Translations under genes and position numbers: made by a program | Shown: positions 25,605 through 37,333 of the stretch, piece after piece | Layout of the letters: every line of letters starts with the position of its first letter | Position numbering within the stretch: position 1 is the first letter of the stretch | Assembly (NCBI RefSeq): GCF_018977255.1 | Contig: NW_024704743.1 | Coordinates: forward strand, 51,214,001-51,278,000 | Reading direction: 5' to 3' | Length of the DNA stretch: 64,000 bases | Source: Callorhinchus milii | Taxonomy: Eukaryota | The notes under the pieces: model-generated | Seen by the model: only the letters and a program-made list of their open reading frames with translations | Database searches by the model: none | Told to the model about the DNA's origin: nothing

Positions 25605-28591
25605 TACACCCTGAAGGATAACATTTTTGTTTCTGGAGTGGTAACTTGATCCTTTTTTACATTAGTAATTGTCTTGCTTTCCACAGAAGTCCTAAAACAT
25701 GTGTTTCACCAATAACCCTTCCTCGGGCATCATGATAGAGCTTTAATGTCATCAGCAGCTTCACCTACACTCATTCTATACACAGTCACTGCACTTTATA
25801 GTATATTCAATGTTGTTTTGAGACATCTTCCAATGTGAAAGGTGTTATATCAAATATAAGGATAATTATCATTATTATTATCTTGGCTCACCTATTGTGG
25901 GGAAGATTTTCTCTTTGAAAAGCAAGTGCAGGCACAATCAGAGCACTGCAAAGGCTCTTTGACTGCAGTGAGTCTGAAATCTACACTGATGTATTGATTG
26001 TCTGTTATACAAGAATATAAGCATTGAATAATTTGCTGCCATCAGGTTTGAGGCAGTGCAAGTTCCTGAGAATTGACTCCATAATTATCAAACAGGTCTG
26101 AGCCGAAGTCTCATGTTGCACCCTAATCACCCTAATCCGTGATGTCCAAATGAACATTCAAAAGCTGCAGGACTTCTGCAAAAAGGGGATAGGAAAAGAT
26201 TGTATCGAGTCTTGCGACGTGAAAGGTCCTATACAAATCTAATTTGCTGTTGTTGTTGTTGTTGATAATTTAACAATGCTGCAAAATGGATACCACAACT
26301 AATAAATCCTTTTAGTTACCTCTTACCACACACACCTTCAACTTGGGTCCTTGTAGCAGCCCTTTACAAGACTGTAGTGCTGCAGTTACAGCACACTGGG
26401 CCATCATTGATAGACTTCCCTTTGAACTCTCTCTTTGTATTTGTAGTGCTCTGCAAATCTGCATTTCATAGTTTTAAGGCTGTCAATTTTGTTTTATTAA
26501 TAACAGCTTGGAAGTTTGTTTAGTGGAATGAAATCCAAATTAACAAAGATTCCATGGTTCAACGGTTCCAGCACTGTGAGCAAGAAGTGGAAAAGCACCA
26601 AGTTGGCCCTGTTATCAGGAAGGTAATTTATGGCATTGTAATGATTGTGTAGCAATCTTATACTTACTTGGAAGTTTTGTCCTCTCACAATATACATTGC
26701 CTGTTTTTACGATACATACGGTACCGGAATCACATCATTTCAGCCCACAGGACCTCCGTATCCACACAATACATGTTTCTAGTGGGCTTCCCAAGGATTG
26801 GTAGAAATTTCTAACAGGATTCCTTAAATACTTCCAATGGACAAATGGTGCAGTTAGTGTTGTTACCAGAATTCTGTCATATAACATGATACAGAGTGAA
26901 GCTTATTGAAACAGGCCTCAGTGAGTTAGTTGATAATGGACATGCAATGTGGTGATATTTCCAGGAGCCCATGGGGATATTGGCTTAAAATGGTCAGCGT
27001 GCAACAAAATCCATGTGTAATGCTCTTCAGGGAGCTCAAAGTCCAATTGAAGAGTACATGGGGGTAAGATGTAACAGTCTTCCCTGTGGAACACAATAGT
27101 TCCATTTACCCTTTCAGTGCCTTTCCTCCCTTTAGGGAGTTCAAAAGCCTCTTATGTTTAAGCTGAATAAAATATTTTCAAATCAGCCCGGTGCCGCAAT
27201 GTTACTCTTTAAACAGATTTAACTGTGCAAAATTGTATGTAGTTTCAAGCAAGCAAACATCAGTTCTGTATCCAGTTCCAGCTGATTTGAATTACACTGA
27301 TCCAAATAACATTACTTTCGTCACATAAATGGAACGCTGGTATCTTCAGTGTGGATAGCTTATCCCAGATATTCATTCGAAAAGAAAACAAAACCTAAGA
27401 CAGTTTGTTCAAACATGAGGCTATGTGAAAACTTTTTTATATGACAAGGCCATTAATGTCCAGTGCATCACTGCAGGAAAATGATTTAAATCATCCCATT
27501 TGTTCCTATTGGATCCTAAGCTACTTCAGATCTTTCCTTCTTATGGACAAATACTTGTATTGTCAATTTCAGGTAGAATTGTTAACATTTATAAAAAAAA
27601 GATGCATTAAAAACAATCTTTAAATACGCATGAAGGCTGTGGAAGGAAACAATCCTTCATTTTTTTGGTCAAATAAAAGCCTTGATCAGCCTTTTTCTTG
27701 AGCTACTGTACTGCAGTGATTGGCAGTACATTAAATGGGGCTTTGTGTCAGCCACAGATTGGCTCCAGAATAACCAGGATGTCGGATTACATCCTGCAGA
27801 CTTAGTGACTCCACACAGCCCCTATGATAAATTTTGCAATATTTGGGGGAAAATTTATATTGAGCCTAGATTTAACCTTTTATGATGTTATTCGCCAAGT
27901 AAAATGTCCATCAACTGACCTAGTATATTAGATAACCAGAACTAAATGAACTCCTTTGTAAGAAAGCAGCACCAATTTCAAACACAAAAGCTGTACAAGT
28001 AATGTGGGGCTGCCTGGGTGGACCGAATGTGTGAATTCTACCTCTGTGTTAAGTGGACATCAGTAAATGAAAACTCACGACTCAATGAAAGGGAATAAAA
28101 TTCATTGAAGGTAATATAAATACTGATAGAGTTACTGAATGCTTAATGGTGTTCGAATAATGATAGGTTTATACTGCTTAACCTCAAATTTAACCCTTTT
28201 TTTTCAAATGCAGAATGTACTGAGCAATGCTGTATAATCTAAGTACACCATTAGCAGCTTACAAACAGTAGTAAAAGCATAACCACATCTCAATTGTTTT
28301 CAATTCTGAAATATTTCACCTTTGTGGTGAAATTTGCAGCGTTTCACAATGCATTTGATGTGATAATTGTATGAAGAACTTTTAGATGTCCTGTTGCCTT
28401 GAAAGCGCTATAAAATTGTGAAATGGTATTGTTGCATTCATTGTTTAGATTCAGCATTATTTCAATGAGCATATGATAACCACCTAACAAACATATTAAA
28501 CGTCTGCCGTTATTATGCTTATTTTATGTTGCTCTGAACGTACAATTATATTTTTCCAAATAGATTGATAAATCTAAACTCCAAATAAAAC

Positions 28592-28710
28592 AATGATAAT
28601 AATAATAATCTTAACATTTTATATAATGCCTTTCACATTGTGAGGATGTGTCAAAGTGCTTCACAGGATTTACTGTAAAGTGAAGTGACTTTGCATTTTT
28701 TGGGCGAATA
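28592..28710 (-). mobile_element. SINE tail fragment
   Basis: Reverse complement of CACTTTACAGTAAATCCTGTGAAGCACTTTG..GTGAAAGGCATTATAT..GATTATT. Confidence 0.7.
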
Positions 28711-30477
28711 TAGACTTCCAAGCTTAGCATCAGTCCATAATGGTGCAAAGAATCAGCACAAAGACACCCAAATTTGAGAAAATTGAGACATGCAGAGAGC
28801 TTTTCATTCTTGCAGTGTGATGAAGAGCATCCATTATTGCTGCAGTAATTCTACACGATTTGCTTTGAATAAAGTCTTGGCGCTTGGTGTGCTTTCTTTG
28901 GACAGAAATACATGGTTAACCGACTAGCAAAAAGGAAAACAAGCAAGCAATTGTTTGTCCAAAATATTATTCAGAGATAAAATTGTCACATGAATTTGGA
29001 TTTGACAGATTTTTTATCTATGCCATAGCTGATGTGGTGGAATGTCAATAGTTTATTGGAAAATATGAGGGTGTGCCTGAACCTCAACACCACCAAGCTG
29101 CAAGCTACCTCTACAATGGGCCCCAGTTCACAAAATCCCGCAGTGGTCAATAAACTATTTGTAGCGCTCTGTTTATTTTTTTATTTTATAAGCTCCTTTT
29201 GTAGCTGTAGGGATTATTTTCTTTCTGATGCTGAATGATGTCTCAGTGACCAGGCCTGACTGACACTGAAGAGATCCCTACATGCACACATTCTCTGGGT
29301 GATACAGTATAATGTTTTGTAGACCTAAGTCTGCTGCCATTGTTTTCAATGGGAAAAGCATAATTTGTGCCTTGCTCTCTGTGGGCTTATAAATTGCCCG
29401 TCCCTTTGGTCTAGTGAATCAGTGCATGCAACTTTCTGTACACAGAAATATGAAAAGCATGAAAGGTTGAGCAACAGACTAACCTTCATCCAAGTATCAC
29501 TTTCCAGCCTCGCTGTGTTTGGCCATTATTGTATTACGTACCTTATAGAAGTGGGTCTTGTTTCACCCTCTCACTATTCTGACTGTCGATGAACGGATCT
29601 TTCAAACTGAGCTTCCAGGCAAATTCTTCAGTAGCCTAATAGAAACTGTTACAAACTCTTCTTGTCGAGAGTTACAGGCCCTTCTCTGTTGGCAGCTTGT
29701 TCTAAATTTGATGCCTGCTTAGGCTAGACTATGCTGCTGCACCTCATGCAACTGTCAAGTGAAGCCTTGAATTTTGACCTCTCACTGTCCAGAACCCTTT
29801 ATCTTCTTAGTTGAAAAAAAACATTGACCTTGGTTTCTATAAAGAACCCTTTTTTCCCCTTTTTGCACATTTCATTTCTGAAAAGAGAATTCTCTCACAG
29901 GCTGCCACACACCTCACGTCTGGAGTGTTAAAGTTTCAAGAGGAGCTGCAGTTCCACCTCTGTATCCCATTTATTTTTATTATTTTATTTGGCGTTCATT
30001 TGTTTTTGTAGTATATGCAGTAAAGCTGCTGGCAGAAAATGGACACTGCAAATACTAAGCTCTTTGCATTCCACTTGCGCTGAATGTGGCAGCAAGTTGT
30101 CTGTGGTGTGGTACATCAGCAGAATCATTTTCAAGCATTGTGATGAGCCTGAACAATTATAACTGGTGGTAATTGTGATTTGATATAACCATTATCTCAT
30201 CAAGACAAACTAATAGTGTTTTGAAGACAATATAAAATAGATTGATGAATCCATTTTACAGGAAAATATTGTATGGTTCAAGTAACCCAGCAGTTCCTTT
30301 GTAAGAATTATGTTTTAACACATTACTCTTTTTTTAAGCATTTTCTATCTAAAATGCAAACCCAGCCTTGGGCAAACCAGATCAGGATGAAAAGAAGAGG
30401 TAATTTTCAACAGCATAGCTACCAGAGAAAGGTGATCCATTTCAGTCAAATAAATGTCTTACTTTGTGATCAAACAA

Positions 30478-30717
30478 GCCCGAAATTCCACCCAGTCTTA
30501 ATCTGTAAAACCATTCTGTTTTAAAATTTAAGATCACACAGACTTGTGGGAAATTCTTAAATTCTGTCTTAATTTGGAAATCTGTCCTTTTGTAAGATCC
30601 GTGGAGAAACAGTTACTAAATTAGGACCAAATTTAAGAATTTTCCACAAATCCGCACAATTAAAATTTTTAAGACAAAATGGCTTTATATGGACCGAAAT
30701 TAGATGGAATTTCGGGC
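30478..30717. mobile_element. Palindromic MITE (~240 bp, ~100-bp imperfect TIRs), possibly PIF/Harbinger-type
   Basis: Starts GCCCGAAATTCCA and ends TGGAATTTCGGGC; arms keep pairing (TTGTGGGAAATTCTTAAATT vs AATTTAAGAATTTTCCACAA). Confidence 0.85.
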
Positions 30718-30730
30718 CCATTGAGTCACC

Positions 30731-30845
30731 TAATAATAATAATAATCCTTGCATTTGATATAGCATTTTTCACATCTTCCAGACGTCTCAAAGCCCTTCA
30801 CAGAATATACTATAAAGTGAATTGACCGAATATTTGTGGGCAAAA
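30731..30845 (-). mobile_element. SINE tail fragment
   Basis: (TAA)n-TCCTTGCATTTGATATAGC..GACGTCTCAAAGC. Confidence 0.85.
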
Positions 30846-33800
30846 GTTCTATTAACTTGTAAATTGGCCTTAAGTGACACACCAATGATTTAAGCAAATG
30901 CATGTATGTGAAGCAATCTGTTTGTAAACAGTACACTCAGGTAGGATTAGGATCAATTTAGATTTAGGTTGCTTTCTCCCTTTTTTTGCGAGAAACGATA
31001 TTTCATATTGCTAAAATTCATGATATTATAAAAGAGAAAGAAGTTGACAGCCTGTCACCATGTTGTGATCTGTACTGCCCAGACTTAATGGCATCATGCA
31101 TTACTGAGGGGATTTCCATGTTTACTTATTTAACATCAGTAATGTCTATGTATTATCAGGAAAAAAGATTACACATTACCCTCCTACACACAGACTCCTG
31201 TCATATGGGCATTGGATGCTCTGGAGGCTACTCCTATTTTAATGTTATTACCAGCAATAATCATTGTGTGGCTTCTCAAGCCAAGCACTGAAGCAGCATG
31301 TTGAGGACTTTGCTAAACCGCTCACAAACTTTACAAGTACTGACGATAGACAGCGAGGTCTCCTTCTGTTAAGCTTGTTAGGAAACTGATACTAAAAATC
31401 GTGGTCTCCGTGACTGCATAGATAGATAGAGCCCATAAATCTAGCTGAAGTCACACACAATATTCACGTGAAGAAGGTAATGCTCTTTTAAGCTGCCTTC
31501 CTTGTGCGGCTCCTCTCTCTGTATTCATTGCTTTGATGTACATTGCTAGGCTGTAATGGATGTTTTTACTGTGCCCAGCGGGCTGGTAGCTTAAGGAAAT
31601 CTTTAGGTTTTGCTGGAAAAATAAGTGCTGTGCTCCCAATTAAAATGCAGTTCTCCCCCGTCACAGTATATCTCAGCTTTGGATAATTGTATTTTACTTA
31701 TGAACATCAGGTTTATATTTCCCAGGAAACCAAAAGGTTTTTTTTTATGAATCTAATCTTACTTTGATAACTGGAAGAATCGTGTTTTAAAATCACGCTC
31801 TTCAAATATCACTGAGGCAAACCATGCTGGAAAACAATTTAACACATTGAAACAAATTTACGAATATGGGAGAAACTGGTATTATTTTTGGTTGTGAGGG
31901 AGTATTTCTTCTGTCACTTCATTTGGTTGGTTTTGTTTTTTTCTCCTTTATCTGGGCAGCTGCCGTGCGCTTTAAGTCATTTCATTGATTTCTTCAACTC
32001 GTTCCATACATCACTAATAACTTTTATTTCCTGTTACTTTACAGTGTTTCTCTAAAGTCAGTACTCTGCAATATCTCTGAGAGCGTCTGGTAGGTTAATT
32101 CCTACAACTTGCTTGATCTGTGTATATCAAGCTTATCTACGAACACAGTAACAATGATTTATATTAAAAAAGGAAAAAAAAGACATGCGATCAGAGAGAA
32201 AAAAAACAATACATGATTAGACAGGTAGTTTGCATCTCCTTGAAGATGCAGGATTGATGTCTGTTTCCTCTTGGTAATGCGGCCTGATTATTCAATCTGC
32301 ATTGCTTTCTTACACAATTCCTATTGCTTTCTTGCCCATCATTAGGCTTTTTCTGTATTAGCCTGAGGTTATTTATAGCTTTGTATAGACATAGAAGAGG
32401 TTTGTCACAACACAGAGGAAAGAATCAAAAACAAATGAGCTTGGATGGATTTGCCAAAATCAATAGTAGTTTTGTATGTTGCAGTGTAAAATTCAAACAG
32501 CTGGATAAATCATTACATTCTGTTGTGTCAAAAGCTGATGTGGCAGTAGAGTATGAAGTCCCTTTCTTCAGGTGTCTTGATTTCTCAGGCTTTAAAGCTG
32601 AGTTTTGGGTTCAAAAGCTCTTTGAATCGTTTTTCTTTCTTTAGCAAAACATATTGTTTAGATGTAGCGCTAGTGTTTGTCAACAGCCAGCTGCACAAAG
32701 GTTATGTGAAAGGATATTCCTTGGATTTTTCAAGAGAAAGCCTGACTAAGAACTGTTGCATGCTCTTCTCTGAGAACTAACAAGAGGGAAGTTTGTTTTT
32801 CAAACAGTGCAAACATATTTAATTATTTATATTTTACTTCGGTGAAATTACTTATATAAAGAAATCTGTTAAATGCTTGTTTCACCAAAACTGAAATGCT
32901 GATACGTATCTGTTTGCAGTCAAAAAAATCTATTGATATTTTAATCTTAAGTCTTCTTTCTATGAATATGAAAATGTGCTCTGAATCTCCCAAAATGGTA
33001 TTTCCATTTGATGTTATTAATAGATTATAAAACATTAAAATGCACATTTTTTTTATTTCCTCTTCCAGGCACTTTCCTTCACATGAAACAAAAATCCAGA
33101 ATCTTGCACATCAAAGTAATCCACTTTTATTGACTTCTGCACTGGTGTCAGAGGTTAGAACATGCTCTCAGAAAGAAGAATTTTACAAAACAAAAGAACT
33201 GTAAATAAAGGGCAGGAAAAAAGTGCCATATTTATTGTATTTAATCAATCCTAGTGTAACCTTTGATGGCCAAGAATGTGGACATGTTTTTTTTCAAATC
33301 TGCAGAAATTTGAAAATCTAAATTTTGGACTGCTTTCGGTTCACTGTATAACCAGCTTCTAAATTAATTTTAAATTGTTTTCTTGTTTCTCTGAAGAGTC
33401 ATGAGATGGGAAAAGTGGGTGGAGGGGGATGTGGTGGGTGGGGGTGGATGGGGCGTATAAAATGACCCTGTTCAACTTTTCTCCTTACGCTCTCCTTTCC
33501 AGCCTGCTCTGTGTCATATGTACTCCATCATCAGGCTCAAACTCCAGGCAAGGTTCTCAGGTAATGAGTCTTTATTACAATCCTTCCAAATTACACCAGC
33601 GGTGAGATGAAGTAAGATTTTGGCAGGGCAACAGATGTAAACTGTTGAAACATGTTTCTAATTCCTGAAGCATTGTGCAGCCAAAACGGCATCATCGAGT
33701 AAGGCATGACTAAAGTGCCTTGTTTTGGGGAATCTAGGCAGGCAGGGTTTGAATCTTATTCTGCTTCAAGCTCTTCTTTAACCCACACACTAAAGTTGCA

Positions 33801-33894
33801 CTTAATAGCCATTCTAGCACACTGAACGATACCTACTCATCTCAGTACAAGAATTTTAGAGAGTGATGTGCTTATATCTCCTCAGATTATTATA

Positions 33895-34279
33895 TGTAAC
33901 CAATGGACACCTGAGCCAGGCAGATATGGACACACACAGTTCAAGCAGGTTTATTTCCTCAGGGGGGATAATCTCAACAACCCCAACAGTGACACACCAC
34001 ACTCCTTGTCATGATAGAGTCCCAGAGAGTGCAGGCACCTAGGTTCATCATTGGAGTCCTGCAACCCTCTTACAATCATTGGCTCTCACAGTCCTCCTGC
34101 TCTACACTCTGCCAACCTGCCTGGCCAACCATGAGGCCAAGGCCTCAGACTTATTTTTCCTGGGCCAAGATAGAAAGAGGAGAGATTTAATGCTGTTATA
34201 GGGTCCAACCCCCCCATCCCAGCCCCTGGGACAGCCCGTCATAACTGACTTCATCACATCCAGTTCTGAGTTTGTTACA
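33895..34279 (-). mobile_element. Solo LTR (385 bp)
   Basis: TGTAAC...GTTACA termini; on the minus strand two CCAAT boxes, then AATAAA about 55 bp from the end followed by a GT-rich stretch; flanks TTATA/ATATA. Confidence 0.7.
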
Positions 34280-34329
34280 ATATATGCGTGAAAGGCATTA
34301 TATAAATGTAATTTTGTTGTTGTTGTTAT

Positions 34330-34530
34330 AATAATAATCCTTGCAGTAGTAATAGTGCATTTATCACATCATCGAGATGTATCAAAGTATTTCACAGGAT
34401 TTTACTGTAAAGTGTTGTGACTGTGTGTCTTGTGGGTGAACACAGCAACCAATTTGTGCACAGCAATGTCCCACAAATAGTTATGGAGTTAATGATCAAT
34501 TTTACTTGGTGAATTGTTGTGCAGGACACA
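34330..34530 (-). mobile_element. DeuSINE 3' fragment
   Basis: GTGGGACATTGCTGTGCACAAATTGG plus tail on the minus strand. Confidence 0.75.
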
Positions 34531-35559
34531 GAAAAATAAACTGGCCATAAAATCAGAAATAAAATGTTGGTTATCCATAATCAGTTAATCGGCATCTTAA
34601 AGAAAAATGGGTTAGCATTTTGGGTGTGATCATTTATCATAACAGATGAAAAGTTTTATCCCAAAAGTTGACCTGTTTTCCCTTAACAGACATTGATTAA
34701 CCTCCTGTGGATTGCTGGCATTTCTGTTTTACTATGCTCTGTGGATCTACTGTGTTTTTTCAAAAAATAATTCTCCTTTTAAGTTGGATAAACAAGCCCC
34801 AGCCTCATGTCTTGAAAGGAAAAAAATGTACTCATGAAAAGGAGTTTGTGGCAGACATCATACTTAATAAGCAAGAGTGCAAGTGGTTCAATAAAAGTGT
34901 TGATGTCTGTTTACTCTGCCTCAAACCACACTGCTTTATCTCAGCATGTTACAGGACTCTTTTATTATCACTTTCAATTTGTCAGCCTGAAAAGTGACAA
35001 TCAGAACTGACATTAAGAGGGCTTTGCTTTAGTATGTCTACAGGTTAGAGATTACCTCGGGGAAGTAATCAAGAAACATAATATTTATATATAAAAATGC
35101 AATCACATGAAAATGTGGAGGTTTTTCAGAACTGGTTGTTACAATTTTATAGACAATAATTGCTTTGCGAATGCAAACAGTCTTGACTCGTTGAAGTACC
35201 TCCTTCCAGGCTTGTTCCATTAATTCACTCTGAATTTACAATATTTAAAGTGGACAAGCAAATACATAACCTTATTGGATTAAAGTGTACAAACTTGTAT
35301 TAAGAGAACTGAGCACTGCAAATAACAACCAAGAATTTCAAAATAATAAGTCTAATTTGTAACAGAGGTCATTAATATCGACTGCAAAGGGTGAAAATTG
35401 CATTACATGACCTTAGCTTTCGTACAGGGATTGGATAGTTGGTGATGTAAATGGTTTAATGCCAAAACATTAATGTAGAAAAGTTATGATTTGTGTTAGT
35501 CTCTGAATGGCTCCAAGATTCATAGTTCCACAGTTGCCAATCAGAAGCCATTCTCAGAT

Positions 35560-35960
35560 CAACAGGAACAGGAGTCCATTCAGCCCATTAAGCTTGTTTC
35601 ACTGGTTCATTTACTGGATCCCAGTAAAATATTGTACAATTTTGCTGTTCCTGTTGATATCTCTACTGTCTAGGTATCTGTCTATCTCTCTTTCAAACAT
35701 CCCTTTTGTTTCCTTCTCTACAGCTTTCTTGGACAGAACATTCCATTCCGCTGTGTGAGGAAATGCTGCCTGAACTCAATGCTCACTGTCTAGTTCTGAT
35801 TTTAAGGCGAGGCCCATTTGTAATTCATCCCTCCACCAGAAGGAAGAGTCGTCAATTCCTTTCATTATTTAAATATCTCAGTCAAATTACCCATAACCTC
35901 CTGTGCTCTGAGGAATATACCTCCAATCTACTGAACCTACCTTAGTCCTTTCAAACTAGG
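35560..35960 (-). mobile_element. CR1 LINE 3' end
   Basis: Degenerate L.GL...RLxxL.VYSxE.RRL.G.L coding end and 3' UTR ATGGGCTGAATGGACTCCTGTTCCTG. Confidence 0.8.
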
Positions 35961-36180
35961 CACTCCACACGCCTGATAATAATCCCTTAAGAAAAAAAAT
36001 AATAATTTGGTCACTCAATTCACAACTGTTTGTGGGACCCTACTGTGGGCAATTGACTGCCACATTTCGCCCACAAACATACAATAAATTCACTTTGCAG
36101 TATATTCTGTGAAGTGTTTTGAGACATCTAGAAGACGCGAAAAAGTGCTATATCAAATGCAAGGACTCTTCTTATTATTA
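35961..36180 (+). mobile_element. 5'-truncated SINE (short-core form)
   Basis: Starts at ACTCCACACGCCTGATAATAATCCC; Deu segment and tail. Confidence 0.9.
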
Positions 36181-36195
36181 GGTATTACTTTAGTG

Positions 36196-37333
36196 AACAA
36201 CAACAACAACAAAATTACATTTGTACAGCGCCTTTCATTTCAGACAGAGTTATGGACCCGAGCTGAGGGTCGGGGTGGGGGAGGGTGGAGGGCAAGGGGG
36301 GAAGCAGGGAGATCAAAAGCACGGTCGTAGAGGGGGGTCTTGAGGTGGGTCTTGAAGGTGGCAAGGGAGTGGGTGAGACGGAGGGACTGGGGGATGGAGT
36401 TCCAGAGGGTGGGTGCAGAGTGGCAGAAGGTCCGCCCACCGATAGTGGGGTGAGCAAGGCGGAGGACGTGAAGCAGGCCGGAGCCCACTGAACGGAGGGA
36501 GCGAACAGGGTGGTAGAGGTTAGGAGGTTGGTGAGGTAGGGAGGAGCAAAACCGTGGAGGGCTTTGAAGGTGAGGACCAGGATCTTGAACTGTATCCTCT
36601 GTGTGATGGGAAGCCAGTGGAGTTGGGCAAGGATGGGGGTGATAGGGCCACGGAGCTGAGTTGGGAGAGGGCACGGGCTGCAGAGTTCTGGATGATCTGC
36701 AGCCTGTGGAGGAAGGAGTTGGGGAGGCCAACAAGCAATGAGTTTGCATAGTCAAGCCTCGATGTAATGAAGGCGTGTATGAGGGTTTCGGGGGCCTGCG
36801 GTGTGAGACAGTGTCGGAACCGGGCGACATTGCGGAGGTGGGGGAAGGCAGAGCGGATCATGGCGCAGATGTGGGGTAGAAAGGATAGTTGAGGATGAAA
36901 CAAGATTCCAACGTTCTGGACTGGCTTAGTAAGGTGGAGTGTGCAGCTGTGCAACCATGGATGGTGATGCTGTCAGCACCTGAGATGAGGAGATGCTAAT
37001 GGGAGCCAATCAGGAGAGCCTCGGTCCTGTTGACGTTCAACTGAAGAAAGTTAGCTCTCATCCAGGACTTGATGTCTGACAGACATTCTGTCAGGAACGC
37101 AATGGACCTGGAATCAAGGGTGGAGGCAGAGAGGTAGAGTTGGGTGCCATCAGCATACATGTGGAAGTTGACCCCATGTCTGTGGATGATGTCACCAAGA
37201 GGGAGCATACAGATGCAGAAGAGGAGGGGACCAAGGACAGAGCCCTGAGGAACGCCGCACGAGACGGTCTGGGGGCTAGAGGAGAAGCTGTTTGAGGAGA
37301 TGAAATGCAGGCGGTGTGAGAGGTACAATCTGA
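36196..37333 (-). mobile_element. L2 LINE (host element, 3' part); continues at 40640-40710
   Basis: GVPQGSVLGPLLF, YADGTQLY, APETLIHAFITSRLDYANSLL; (CAA)n tail; colinear with 11174-12310. Confidence 0.95.

Noticed and set aside
26507..26622. Exon-like AG...GT segment with open frames
   Set aside because: No recognisable protein similarity and no partner exons; needs RNA-seq
33414..33462. G-rich tract followed by GGGGCGTATAAAA (promoter-like)
   Set aside because: No CpG island or downstream gene evident; similar G tracts occur at 5878, 9426, 46062 and 47650
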